A stretch of DNA of 59,746 nt, counting the filler, from Jimgerdemannia flammicorona (Eukaryota): NCBI GenBank assembly GCA_003990765.1. It is 3 parts of 3 records of this genome, joined end to end, with 100 filler letters (N's around TTAATTAATTAA, not from the genome) between each part and the next. Parts side by side here need not be neighbours in the genome. Positions count along the whole stretch, not along the records: positions 19,954 to 39,805 come from RBNJ01001832.1; positions 39,906 to 59,746 come from RBNJ01001833.1; 1 more part is not named here. One strand, given 5' to 3'. The first letter of the stretch is position 1, and each line of letters starts with the position of its first letter. The position numbers were made by a program, and so were the translations under genes. The notes below the pieces were generated by a model. The model was not told the DNA's origin and made no database searches. It saw nothing but the letters and a program-made list of their open reading frames with translations. This document shows, piece after piece, positions 39,120 to 50,053 of the stretch.

Positions 39120-39179
39120 ACCGGTCTTGGTTGCTTCTTATGCCAACTGATGAGCCCCTTGAGCAAGGGCGAAACCGGT
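39120..39179 (+). ncRNA. Type III hammerhead ribozyme, apparently intact
   Basis: Stem III ACCGGU/ACCGGU; GUC site (cut after 39126); stem I UUGGU/GCCAA; CUGAUGA at 39147-39153; stem II GCCC/GGGC; GAAA at 39171-39174; loop1 UGCUU complementary to loop2 GAGCA. Confidence 0.88.
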
Positions 39180-39805
39180 CTATGTCATAGTTACATTAGT
39201 TATATCTTATACATAGTTTTATAATATAGTCATACCAGTTTGGAATAAAATATTATATTAAAAACAACACCGAAATATGATAAAGTGTGAAAAGAGGTGG
39301 CGTCCTGCACATATCACGCGACCTGTCCATGCGGGTTCAACATGGTCGCTTTTGGAGAGCCGAATCCGAGCCCACAGTTCACCCGTGCACTCACACACGC
39401 ATACACGCGTCTCAACCATGGACTCGAGATACCCTATGACCGCAATGACCGGTAGGAGACGCTGCAATCGTCAGTCTGGACTACGCAAGAATACGATTCT
39501 GGTGGAGGGGTATGACAGGTACCGATATACAGGTATGTGTGGGATACGGTAGTACTAGACCAGGGTGGGAGGAAGCTCTATACTTGTGAGAGCGTTGTTC
39601 CCCATTCGGCTGCCAGAGAGGCAGGTAGAGACGGAGGGGTTTACCAGATGAGCGAAGAGATTGGGGTTTGGGGATTGCCGGGACATTCCAGCACACCACA
39701 CTCACTCCTGCGTGAACTTTGCAAAAACAGCGAATCCACGAAGCCTGCTGCTCTTGATCTGTTGGATGATCATGGTGTTGCAATCCATCGATCTTATATG
39801 GGGGG

Positions 39806-39905
39806 NNNNNNNNNNNNNNNNNNNNNNNNNNNNNNNNNNNNNNNNNNNNTTAATTAATTAANNNNNNNNNNNNNNNNNNNNNNNNNNNNNNNNNNNNNNN
39901 NNNNN
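39806..39905. other. Artificial contig-joining spacer
   Basis: 100-nt N block containing TTAATTAATTAA. Confidence 0.95.
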
Positions 39906-42900
39906 TTTTTATAGTCACTTAGACTCCACCTTTATTACCAGTCTACGAATAAATATACATCAATCCGACCCACTATCCAATCCCCACAGGGGGGCCCCTC
40001 CCTACTTCCTCATGACTGAAAATCACCCTTTCACCAACTACCCCCACTCTCTCCCCACTTTGTCCACAGATTTTCTCCACCAAGCGGCACCTCCGACCAC
40101 CCCGCATCCCCCAACCCAGCCACCAGCCTGTTAAGGTATCTTCCATAAGCCTATGCCATCGCAGCAGCCAGTCCCCCAAGCTCTGCCTCCTCCCATCCTC
40201 AAAAACAAATAGCCAATGACTGGCCAGCCCCATCCAAATAGCCAAAGCCCAACCTAAAGTAAGCCACTCCTTCCCTATCCCCCCTACCAATCTAACCCTC
40301 AAGTCCTCCCATTGCCCCTGTACTTCATCACTCCTACCCCATACCCTTAAGCAATCTCCAATTGTCTGCCAAAAATCCCCCAACACCTCACACTCTCCTA
40401 GCCAATGTTCTGGCGTTTGTACATAACCCCCCTCCTGCCCTACATTATGGTACTCCTTACAGTCGAAGCAACCCCCTACAACCAGATGCCCTGAGCGAAA
40501 ATTGAGCATAACATTCCTCCGCAGTATGCACCACCAGACCACCCAGTACTTTGGTGGCAGCCATGCTCTCACTGCAGCACTCCAGGTCCAAACACTATGC
40601 CAGTCTCACTCTTCGCCAATTCCAACTCCTTGCCAACCACTAGGCCACAGATCCTGGCCTGGTCCCCTTTGGCATTCCATTCCATCACCAATGTCGAACT
40701 CAACTAAAGGAGCACCACCCAGCAGTATACAGTCTCATCTCCACATCGCTGGGTCCCAATCCTCCTCACCTTCATTCCTCTGCCAATGAATACCAATGCA
40801 GTGCACTCCTTCTGCAATTCTCCACCAAAATCCTTTATATTGTAGTTGGGCAGTGTTCTGAAGCCCAACCAAGGAGAGGAGATCACCAGTTGAGCCCCTT
40901 GGCGATACCCACCTCTCCCATAACTTCTGTAACAGAGGAACCCATCCACCTCCTCTCAACTCTACTGCCCTCTTCAGCCATCATGCTCTCAAGCAGTGTA
41001 ACCATTTTGAGAAGTCAACCAGCCCAAGACTGCCTCTTGCCACTGGTAGGGACAAGGTCTCCCAACTAATTTGACTCTGCCTGCTAGCCCAAATCCATCC
41101 CTTCGCCAACTTCATCAATCTCTTCACTACCTAGGCTGGGAAGTCCAGATGATACGCCAGGTACCACAACTTTGGCAGCCAGTAGACATTCAAAATCGAG
41201 ACCTGCCCTGCCAGAGAAAAATGTCTTCCCCCCCAACTCCGCAGAGCCTCCTCCCAGATTCCAATCCTCTGCTCCCACCAAAGCTTGGGCAGAACTGACC
41301 CATAGACTGACAAGTAGATACCTAAGTACCACACCGCTTCACCAGTGGGGACAATTGTTCCTATAACCTCCCCTCCCACCAGGCCGTTACCAAGTACTAT
41401 CATCTCACACTTATGTCAATTCAGCTTAGCTCCAGAATGCTCCTCATACCACTCCACAGTCCTCTTGAGCTCCTCAACATCAGCAATCAAACCCAAGCCC
41501 ACCACTATGTTGTCAGCAAAGGCCCCAACCTTCCATCCTATGCCAAAGACAGAGAGCCCCACTATCCTTCGCCTAATTCGGTCCATAAGTGGTTCCAGGG
41601 AAAGAGCATACAAAATGGGGGACAATGGATCCCCCTGGGGCACTCCCCTTCCCAAGGGGAATGCTACTCCTCTATGTCCATTACACATGAGTGCAGCCCT
41701 ACTTCCTTCCAGTAGGCTGACCATTGTTGACTGGAATTGATGCAGTACCCCCATTCTATCCAAAACTTTCTCTAGCCAGACTCTCCGCACCCAGTCATAT
41801 GCCTTCTCCTGGTCCAAGAAAACTAGACACCCATCCAGTTCACATGCTCTCGCCCCTTTGATGATGCCATGCACCCAGGCAGTGCCATCCCTGATGAGCC
41901 AACCACCCACAAATCCCCTCTGCTCAACACCCACAACTTGCTGGGCCACCTTCTGTAGTCTTGCCCCACCACCTTAGTTATCAACTTTCTGTCCATATCT
42001 AGCAGCATTATCGGCTGCCAGTTCTTCCAATCCTCCCGCCTTCTGTTGTTTTTGTAGAGCAGCGTCACCAGCCCAAGGTCCTGCTCTCCCACCCACCTTC
42101 CTGTCTATAGAATAAGGTCACACAATGCTGTCATCTCTCCCATCACCCCTGGGACTTCAACCATTCACTTCCAAAAGTTCCAGGGCAGACCATTCTCCCC
42201 AGGTGCCATACCAGACATTGTCGCAGCAAGAACCTGGTGGATCTCATCCTCCTGTACAGGTATCACCAGGTCCCCTAGCCCTTCGACTTGTGGTGGGTGC
42301 CAATCCTCCAATATTCATTCAATTGTAGCAGCATCTGCCCCACCCTCCTCCTCACTCCACAATCCACTCCATCTCTCCTTCAGTGATCCAAGAATATTCT
42401 ATACACCATGCACCAGTACACCATCAGAGTCCAATACCCCTTCCCACTGTTGCTGGACCCGCCTCGCCCTAAGGGCCCTTGTAAAGCTTGGAAAGCCTCT
42501 CTCCTTCCTCCAGATCCTGCCAACGAAGCCGTGCTGCCAAGCTCTGTACCCTTGCCTCTTCCTCCTCCTGCAGCACCTGTTGAAGTTCCCCAACCTCCAT
42601 TTTCGCCCTCATTAATCTCCAATCTTCTTCTCCCTCCAACATCATCAGCCTTGCCCACTCCTCCAGAAGCCTCATCAATCTAGCAGAGGCCCAGCACACT
42701 CTTTGTTTTCACTGCTTCCCTGCCTCCTTGCTAGTCTCCTTCCAGTAAATCCTGACCATTTCTTTCATCCTCATCCACCAAGTCCCAACTGCAGCCCCTT
42801 CCTGCCTCCAGTTCTCCACCCTCAGCTGAATGTCTTTAGTCCACTCATCCCACCAGGTCTTGTCATCTAACAAAGAGGAATTGAGGTGCCAATGTCCAGG

Positions 42901-45770
42901 CCCATCCCCACTTCCCCCAAAGCACCCCTGTCCCAAAAGCCCCCAGTGATCCGACCATGGACACCATTCCACCTCCAATGATTTCCAAACATCTAGTCCC
43001 CAGCAACAGGCTGTCAAAATCCAGTCAATTCTAGTCCCCAGACCCCCTGCCCAATGTGTATAGACCCTCCTACTCTCCCAGCACTCTCTTCCAGCATCCA
43101 ATAGTGCACTTAGCCTTTCTACTTCCTCCCATGCCACCAGCCCTCCACTCCTGCTCTCAGCACCTCATCCTCCATCTGATCTATCCAGCAGTATATTCCT
43201 AACCATATTGAAATCTCCCCCTAGCACATCCACCCCAGCCTCCACAAGTAATCCACTCTCCTGTAAGCCTTTCACCCAATTGACCCTCTCACCCCATACC
43301 ACAGGGCAGTAGCAGGAGCCAACCATAACTGGCTCCCAGCCTGCCCGAATCCACTCTCCCCAGACCAGCCTTTCCCCCCAGCACTGCACATTCTGTATCT
43401 CCCCTCTGCCTTTCCTAACCAAAATCCCAATCTTGCCCTTCCAAATCGCTGCACCTCCTCATTCCTTTGTCCATTCTAACCTATCAGAGTCATCTTCGCA
43501 CCGGACATCCTGCAAGAGGAAGAGATCAGCTTCCAATCCCTTCATCCAAGTAAAAATGTTCCTACATCAAGAAGTGCCCTGTAACCCATTCACATTCAAA
43601 GAGAAAATGTTGGTTGTACTGTTCATATTGATGATATATATGATGTCATCAATCTGCCTCTACTGCTCCATGCTCATCTCCTCCCGCGCCCTGTCCAAAT
43701 TATGTTCCACAGCCACCTCCTCCTCTTCAGCCCTCTGAGCCTCCAATCCAGCCAGCAGTTCATTCATCTCACCATCAGCCTTCTCCTCAAACTCCTCTCG
43801 GTATTCGATACATGCTTCCTGCCAGAGCTGTAGTCCATGTCGCTTATTCCAGCAGTATTCAGCCCTTTCTCCAGCAACAACTGCCATCTCCTCCTCCCTC
43901 TCCTTATCCACCTCATATTCTTCCTCCTCCAGGTATACCGCAAGGATTTCCACCTTCAATGCCTTCATTATGCCATCCCCCTGCAGTATTCCTGCCCAAT
44001 GCTCATCACTCATCACTCGCAAGTCCACTTCCCCCAACTCTTCCACTGCCAGGTTATTCATCATCCAGTACATCCAAAGCAAGTTCCCCACCTCTTTCCC
44101 CCCTGGAGTCACTGGCCTCCCTCCATCCAATATTGTGGTGTCAGCTCCAGCACTTGCAGACTCATCCTATACTTCCGGGACATCCACCAGTTCCTTCTCA
44201 CCATCCGCCGCCACCTGTCCCCCATATGCCACCTCTGGAACTCCGAATTGCACCCTCTGGGCCCCTCGCATTGGCACATCTTCCACCACCCTATTCCAGA
44301 AAGCCGGACCATACCTGATGAGAGGGGTAGGGGTAGGGGAGCCCACCCAGTCCTCCTCCCACACCTCTAGTGTACCATCTGCATATGGGTCCTTCCCAGC
44401 CTTCTTCTTGTCCTCCCCCACCTCCTGCTTGTTCTTCCCCTCCCCCTCGCTGGCCCAGACACTTGCTCCAGCTCCCCCTGTGCCCTTCACCTTGCTCGCC
44501 TCCCCCAGTGGTCTGCTATCCAGCTTGGCCAGCAACTCCTTCTGTCTCTTACGCCCCTGAGCCTTTTCCCACTGCTCCTTGGTCACTCGAATCCGCTTTC
44601 CATCCACCACTTCCAAGTGCGTCGCCTCTTCAAAAGCCTCCCAAGCCTTTGCTCGCCTCTCCACAGCACCCCCCAGCTCTTCAAGTGCTTCCAGTAAATC
44701 CTCCTCCTCCTCTTCACTCCCCTTCACCCTTGTCACCTTACACAGGATTGCTTTCCAGACCATTGCTGAAGGTCAATCTCTTGCCTTCCCAGTGGCTTCC
44801 TTCCCAGCCAGCCGAATCCTCACATCCATGTCACCAGTCCTGAGCGAGGTTCCTTCTCAGACCCTGAACCCGATATCCACCACCTCGCCATATTCCGCCA
44901 TGAAATCCTCAACTCTCTTCCTTGTCTCCATTGCTGTCACCATCGGCACTCCTTTTACCAGCAGTTGGACCACCCTGGGGTCCCACTTCAAGTACTGCGC
45001 CATTGGAACACACACCTCCCTAACCACCAATCCAACCTTCAGCGCCTCCTCCAGCAGTGCCGCCTCCTCAAAACCCACCTCCACTCCTTCCAGTCCCTTC
45101 AAAAACTTCACAGATGCTGCACCTGCCACCTGCTTAGTGATGAGCCCCAGCACCATTTTTGCCATCACCGCCAGGCCCCAGAAGCATAGCGTGACCGCAA
45201 ATGCTGAAATCGATTTCTTGAGTAACGGGGCTACTGCCAGACCCGTTACACCATCTGCCAAGTCCCCTTGTCTTCTAAGCCTCAGCTGCTCAGCCTCACT
45301 ATCAGCCATCACATCTGGATTTTTTTCCAGATTGACAGTCCCAATACCATCAGCAGTCACACCCCCCCCAGCCACTCTCCCGCAGCTCCACCGCCCCCCC
45401 TTCCAAGGGCCGCACCCCCTGGCACCATTGCCTTCTCGGTCTCCTTGCCCTTCTTCAGCCAGCCCTCCAGCCCTGATGCCTGCTGTCTCTCCTTCACCAT
45501 CTCTACAAAGCTTGCCCTCCCAGATCCTGATCCTCTACCACCTCCTCCACCCCTTCCACATCCACCCGCCAGTAGGCCCCTCATACCTCCCCCCAGGCCT
45601 GGACCCCTCCCCACCTGCTGCCAGTCGAAAGCACTTGGGCCGCCCTACCCAGTATGCACCTCAGGTTGCCTGTCGGTTGCCATGTTGTTAGTCTCTTTTT
45701 GCTGAAAATGATATTGAAAGTGCCTTCCAAAGGTTGTGTAACCTGAATGGTACTGGAAAAAGAGGTGCTT
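39906..45770 (-). mobile_element. LINE family 1 copy E: full length, inactivated
   Basis: T-tract at the gap; ORF1 ATG 45683, ORF2 ATG 43626; GGDFN, SDH, QGDPLSP, FADN, CKEY...EHWLGEC; 5' motif CCAGTACCATTCAGG shared with copies C and F. Confidence 0.95.
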
Positions 45771-45774
45771 GGCT

Positions 45775-46014
45775 GTGGGCTGGCTGGGTTTCCCCTGGTG
45801 GTAGGGAGAACATAGTGTGCAGAATGAGGTGCAGGCTACTTTGCCCTACTGTGCCTGGCATAGTTGAGCTGCTGGATAATAGCTAGCCTAGGTTAATGGG
45901 GGAGCAGTGCTTGATGGGTGGTGGGGGAGGGTTTTGGCCTATATAGTCTAGGTTCCCTTCCAATAAAAATCTGTGAGACATAGAGTCCATTAAACAAAAA
46001 AAAAAAAAAAAAAA
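45775..46014 (+). mobile_element. LINE family 2, 3' end with AATAAA and poly(A)
   Basis: Reverse-complement match to about 28690-28910; interrupts the Gypsy integrase HHCC region. Confidence 0.88.
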
Positions 46015-48155
46015 GTTCCAAGGTGACCAGCTAGTGGGAAGTCATGGTATTCATGAAGAATCTTATGCTGTAGTTCAGGGTTAGTAGGAATATATACTTT
46101 GTCTTGATAGTATATGAGGTTATCCTTGATGGTGTACTTTTCCTTGAATTCCTTGGTATTCCTTTGTAGAATCAGAGAGTCTTGTTCATATGCCTTCTTG
46201 ATCTGATTGAGGAATTTGGGTGCCATGGTGACTTGTAAAATTGCAGCAAGGTCAGGTCTTCTTGAAAGTGCATCTGGTATAACTAGAGTTTTGCCAGGCT
46301 TGTAGATGATGTTTGGGGTGAAGGTCTGAAGTAGTTGACTCCACTTGGCCTGTTGGCAAGAGAGGGTTGGTTGAGTGTTGATGTACTGAAGGGATCTGTG
46401 ATCAGTGATCACATCAAACTCAACTTCTTCTAGGTAGTGTCACCAGATCTTGAGGGCATGTATGATTGCCAGGAGTTCCTTTTCATGAGTAGCCAGCTTT
46501 TATTCAGCTGGGGACAATTTTCTTGACTTAAAGGCAATAGGTCAGTGTCCTTGACCATCATCTTGAGAAATGACTGCACCAATGGCAAAGTTAGATGCAT
46601 CTATAGTGACCATGAACTTCAAGTTTGGGTCTATGTTTCTAAGGACAGGTGCATGGGTCAGGCAGTTCTTGAGTTCTTGAAAAGCTTGTTGACAAAAAGC
46701 ATTCCAGATGTAGGGCAGAGTTGGGTTTCTTTTGCAGGAGATTTGTCAAAGATTCTGCAATGGCAGAGAAGTTCTTGACAAATCGATGGTAGTATCCAGC
46801 CAGACCAAGAAAGGACCTGAGTTTGGTGAGGTTTGCTGGTACAGGCCACTGTTCAATGGCTTGTATTTTCCTTGGGTCTACTTGAATTCCTTTGGCTGAT
46901 ACAATGTGTCCAAGGTATTTGACTTGATCCTTGAAAAATTCACATTTCTTAAGCTTTGCATAGAGTTTGTTCTTGTGGAGGATCTTGAGGACTTGTTCAA
47001 TGTACTTGAGGTGTTCTTCTTCAGTGCTACTGAAGATCAAGATGTCGTCAATGTATACAAGTACAAAGATATAGAGCTGATCCTTGAAGACATTTTGCAT
47101 GAGATCTTGAAAAGTTGCTGGCATATTAGTGAGACCAAAGGCCATGACTAGAAATTCATAGAGTCCGAAGGGTATTATGAAGGCAGTCTTGGATATGTCT
47201 TCTGGCTTAATTCAAATTTGGTGATACTCAGAGGTGAGACCAATCTTGATGAAGTACTTTGCATTTTTGAGAGCATCAAAGATTTGATCTATAAGTAGTA
47301 GTGGATAATGGTTCTTGACTGTGATCTTGTTGAGTACTTGGTAGTCTATGCACATTCACAGAGTATCATTCTTTTTCTTGACAAATAGAACTGGAGAGCC
47401 AAAGGGTGACTTGCTTGGCTGAATGGCTCCTTGCTTGATGAGCTATTGAGTTCCTTCTTAACTGCTTCAATTTCAAGTAGAGACATACAGTACATTTTCT
47501 TTTTAGGTATAGCTGTATCAGGTACCAACTTGATTTTGTGGTCATGATCTCTTGAAGGTGGTAGACCAGGTAGTTTGTCCAGGAAGACATCCTTGTACTT
47601 ATTCAGTAGTAACTTGATGCTTTCACTAATTGATAGCTTCTTGTCTTCTTTCTTTGGTCAGATCAGTGCCACAAAGGCACAGGTAGCTTTCTTGAGGGCC
47701 TTCTTGAACTGGATTGCTAACAGGGTAGCAATTAGGGTTTTTGTCTGAGTCTTGTCTGGCCTGATGGCAATGTTGGTTCCATCCTGAATCAGGGTGACTT
47801 CATTCTTGGTTCAATCAATCTGAGAGTTGTATCATGTAAGCCTGGGTTTACCTAGGATCAGGTCATGGTCTCCTAGTGGTGCTACCTCAAAATCTAAATG
47901 TTCCCAGTACTTCTGGATCTTGAGAGAGAGTTTAGTGGCAATTGGGTCAATTGATAAGATGGTGCCATCTGTAGTGACAACTCCACCATTCTTGCTGGCT
48001 AGTTTGGTGAGAATCTTGAGCTTATCAATGAGGTTCTTGTTGATGAAGTTCCCAACAGCTCCACTGTCTATGAGAACATCTAGCTCTTGTCCCTTGACTA
48101 GGCCCTTGAAAATGAGCATTGAATTGGCTTGGTTCTCAGCTATGCTTGTAACTTT

Positions 48156-48566
48156 ATCAGTGTTACCAAAGTCTTTCTGATCTCACTTAGTTGAAGACAG
48201 CTTGGTGACCTCTTTGATGACTGGTAGGGTGACTCACTCCAGAATGAGCTGTACAATTCTGTCACCTTTATTGACAGTATATGGTTGGTTCTTGTGGTTG
48301 ACTAGCAGGACTTGCATTTCACCTCAGAAGTCAGGGTCAATGACTCCAGCACCAACATCCAATGAGTGCTTAAAACTGAGGCCAGATCTTGGTGCAATTC
48401 TTGCATAATGTTCCTTGGGAATTTCGACTAAAAGGCCAGTTGGAATGAGCCTTCTTTTATGTGCAGGAATAGTGACTTGTTGTACTGCTTGAAGGTCTAA
48501 ACCAATGGCTCCTTCTGACTGTACTTGAGGGATCTGGGCCTTGGAGTTGACTCATATGAAATTGAG
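48156..48566 (-). pseudogene. Trimeric-type dUTPase domain within the Gypsy polyprotein
   Basis: All five motifs: AIGLDL, RIAPRSGL, GVIDPDF*GE, GDRIVQLI, TK*DQKDFGNT. In frame with NC and protease; stops are TGA at Arg positions. Confidence 0.93.
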
Positions 48567-49629
48567 TACAACTTCATATTCAACTGGTTGATCTTGGGTG
48601 TCTTTGGACAGAACTAAAATCCTCTTTGGTTCAGCAGTTTTCTTGGGACATTTGGTTGCAATATGACCAGACTGATAGCAAAAGAAGCAAGCTCCAACCT
48701 TCTTAAGATACTTCTTTTTCTTGAATATGAGCTTGCCTTTCTTGCTCTTATCAATTGTATCTAGGTCCATGAGAGCAGGTCCAACAGTTCTGACTTTGGG
48801 TTCCTCCCTTTTGTGGTTGTTATTGAAAGGTGGTCTCTTTTGTTCAAAGCAGTGACCATAAGTGATGATATCAAATCTATCAGCAATCTTCATTGCTGTA
48901 TCTAGGTTCTTGAGTTCTTCTAGTTCAACATTGATCTTTCAGACCTCAGATATACTTGTTGACCTTCTCGTCTTCAGTGATATGTGGTAATTCAAAGTAG
49001 GATTGATAGGAATTATGTATTGTATATTTACACAGACTTGAGTTGTTTGACATTTGGTAGATGGTCTTGTGTAGTCTTAGTGCTATTGACTGGTTTGAAT
49101 TGATCTTGAATGGTATCAGAGAATTTATTCCAGGTCCTGATCTGGCCAGCAAATCTGGTATTCTGGACATGGTTTTGCTGCCAGATTGCAGCATTTCCTT
49201 GGAGGAGTGTGGTGGTGAATTGGACTAGTGTTGCTTCTTCCAAATTGCTCAGTTCTCCATATTGCTCCAATTGGAAAAGCCAGGCATCAGTAGACAGTCC
49301 TCCTCTTTGACCATCAAAAGTATTGGGCTTCTGAGGCTTGATAGTGACTGCTGTCAGATGTATTAATATCAGTAGAGGTGCAGAGGTATGAGCAGAGGCC
49401 TTGCTTTCCTTTCTTTCTATACATTCTTGAAATTTGGCAATCTGAGCTAATACAGTCTGCAAAAGACTCTCAATGACTCCATTTGACTGAGTAGGGTTTT
49501 GCTGTTCCTCTTCTTATTGATTGTATGAGACATTGTCTGGACCATAGGTACTATATGAAAGATTCCATCCATTGTCCTCTATAGTGTTGTAACTGATATC
49601 TTGAGAGGTGTCTTAATAAGGCTAGGTAT

Positions 49630-49647
49630 AACCACCCACTGCTACCA
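49630..49647 (-). promoter_or_regulatory. Primer-binding site, initiator tRNA-Met-like
   Basis: TGGTAGCAGTGGGTGGTT 2 nt after the LTR end; TGGTAGC is characteristic of iMet PBS. Confidence 0.75.
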
Positions 49648-50053
49648 AGTATAACAGTTCTAGTTTCTAAATGAGGAAGCAACTAGTTCTGGTAATTCTA
49701 AGTAACTTGAAGAGATACTTAAAGATTCAAGTATTCTTGAAGGATTTCTGGGAGAAAATATTCTGAGCCTTTATTCATAAGAACAAAGGGGATATTTATA
49801 CAAGATCTGAAAGAAGGATCCAGAAGGATCTGAGAAATCAAAGGAAAATGCCAAGAGGAAAGTTCTCAGCAAAGATGACAAATGATGATAAATAAAGTTC
49901 TACAAGTTTCCAGGACATTCAGTGACTAGCTAAATAAGTACTAGAGGATGCTCAGTACCAAGAAAGGATTTCTAAGCATTCAGAAAGTACTGGAAGGTTG
50001 TAGAATATTGAAGAAAGACAAAGAAAAGAAATAAACTATGCTAAAATGTTATA

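Larger units (their letters stand above)
46015..50053 (-). mobile_element. Ty3/Gypsy element G1: LTR-PBS-gag-CCHC-dUTPase-PR-RT-RNaseH-(integrase start)
   Basis: LTR 49650-50053 (TG/CA decayed to TA); gag KPNTFDG..AWLFQLEQY; CFFCYQSGHIATKC; LIDSGA; FGLTNMPATFQ, YIDDILIF; ITDHRSL, IPDALSRRPD; HEYHDFPLAGHLG. Confidence 0.95.
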
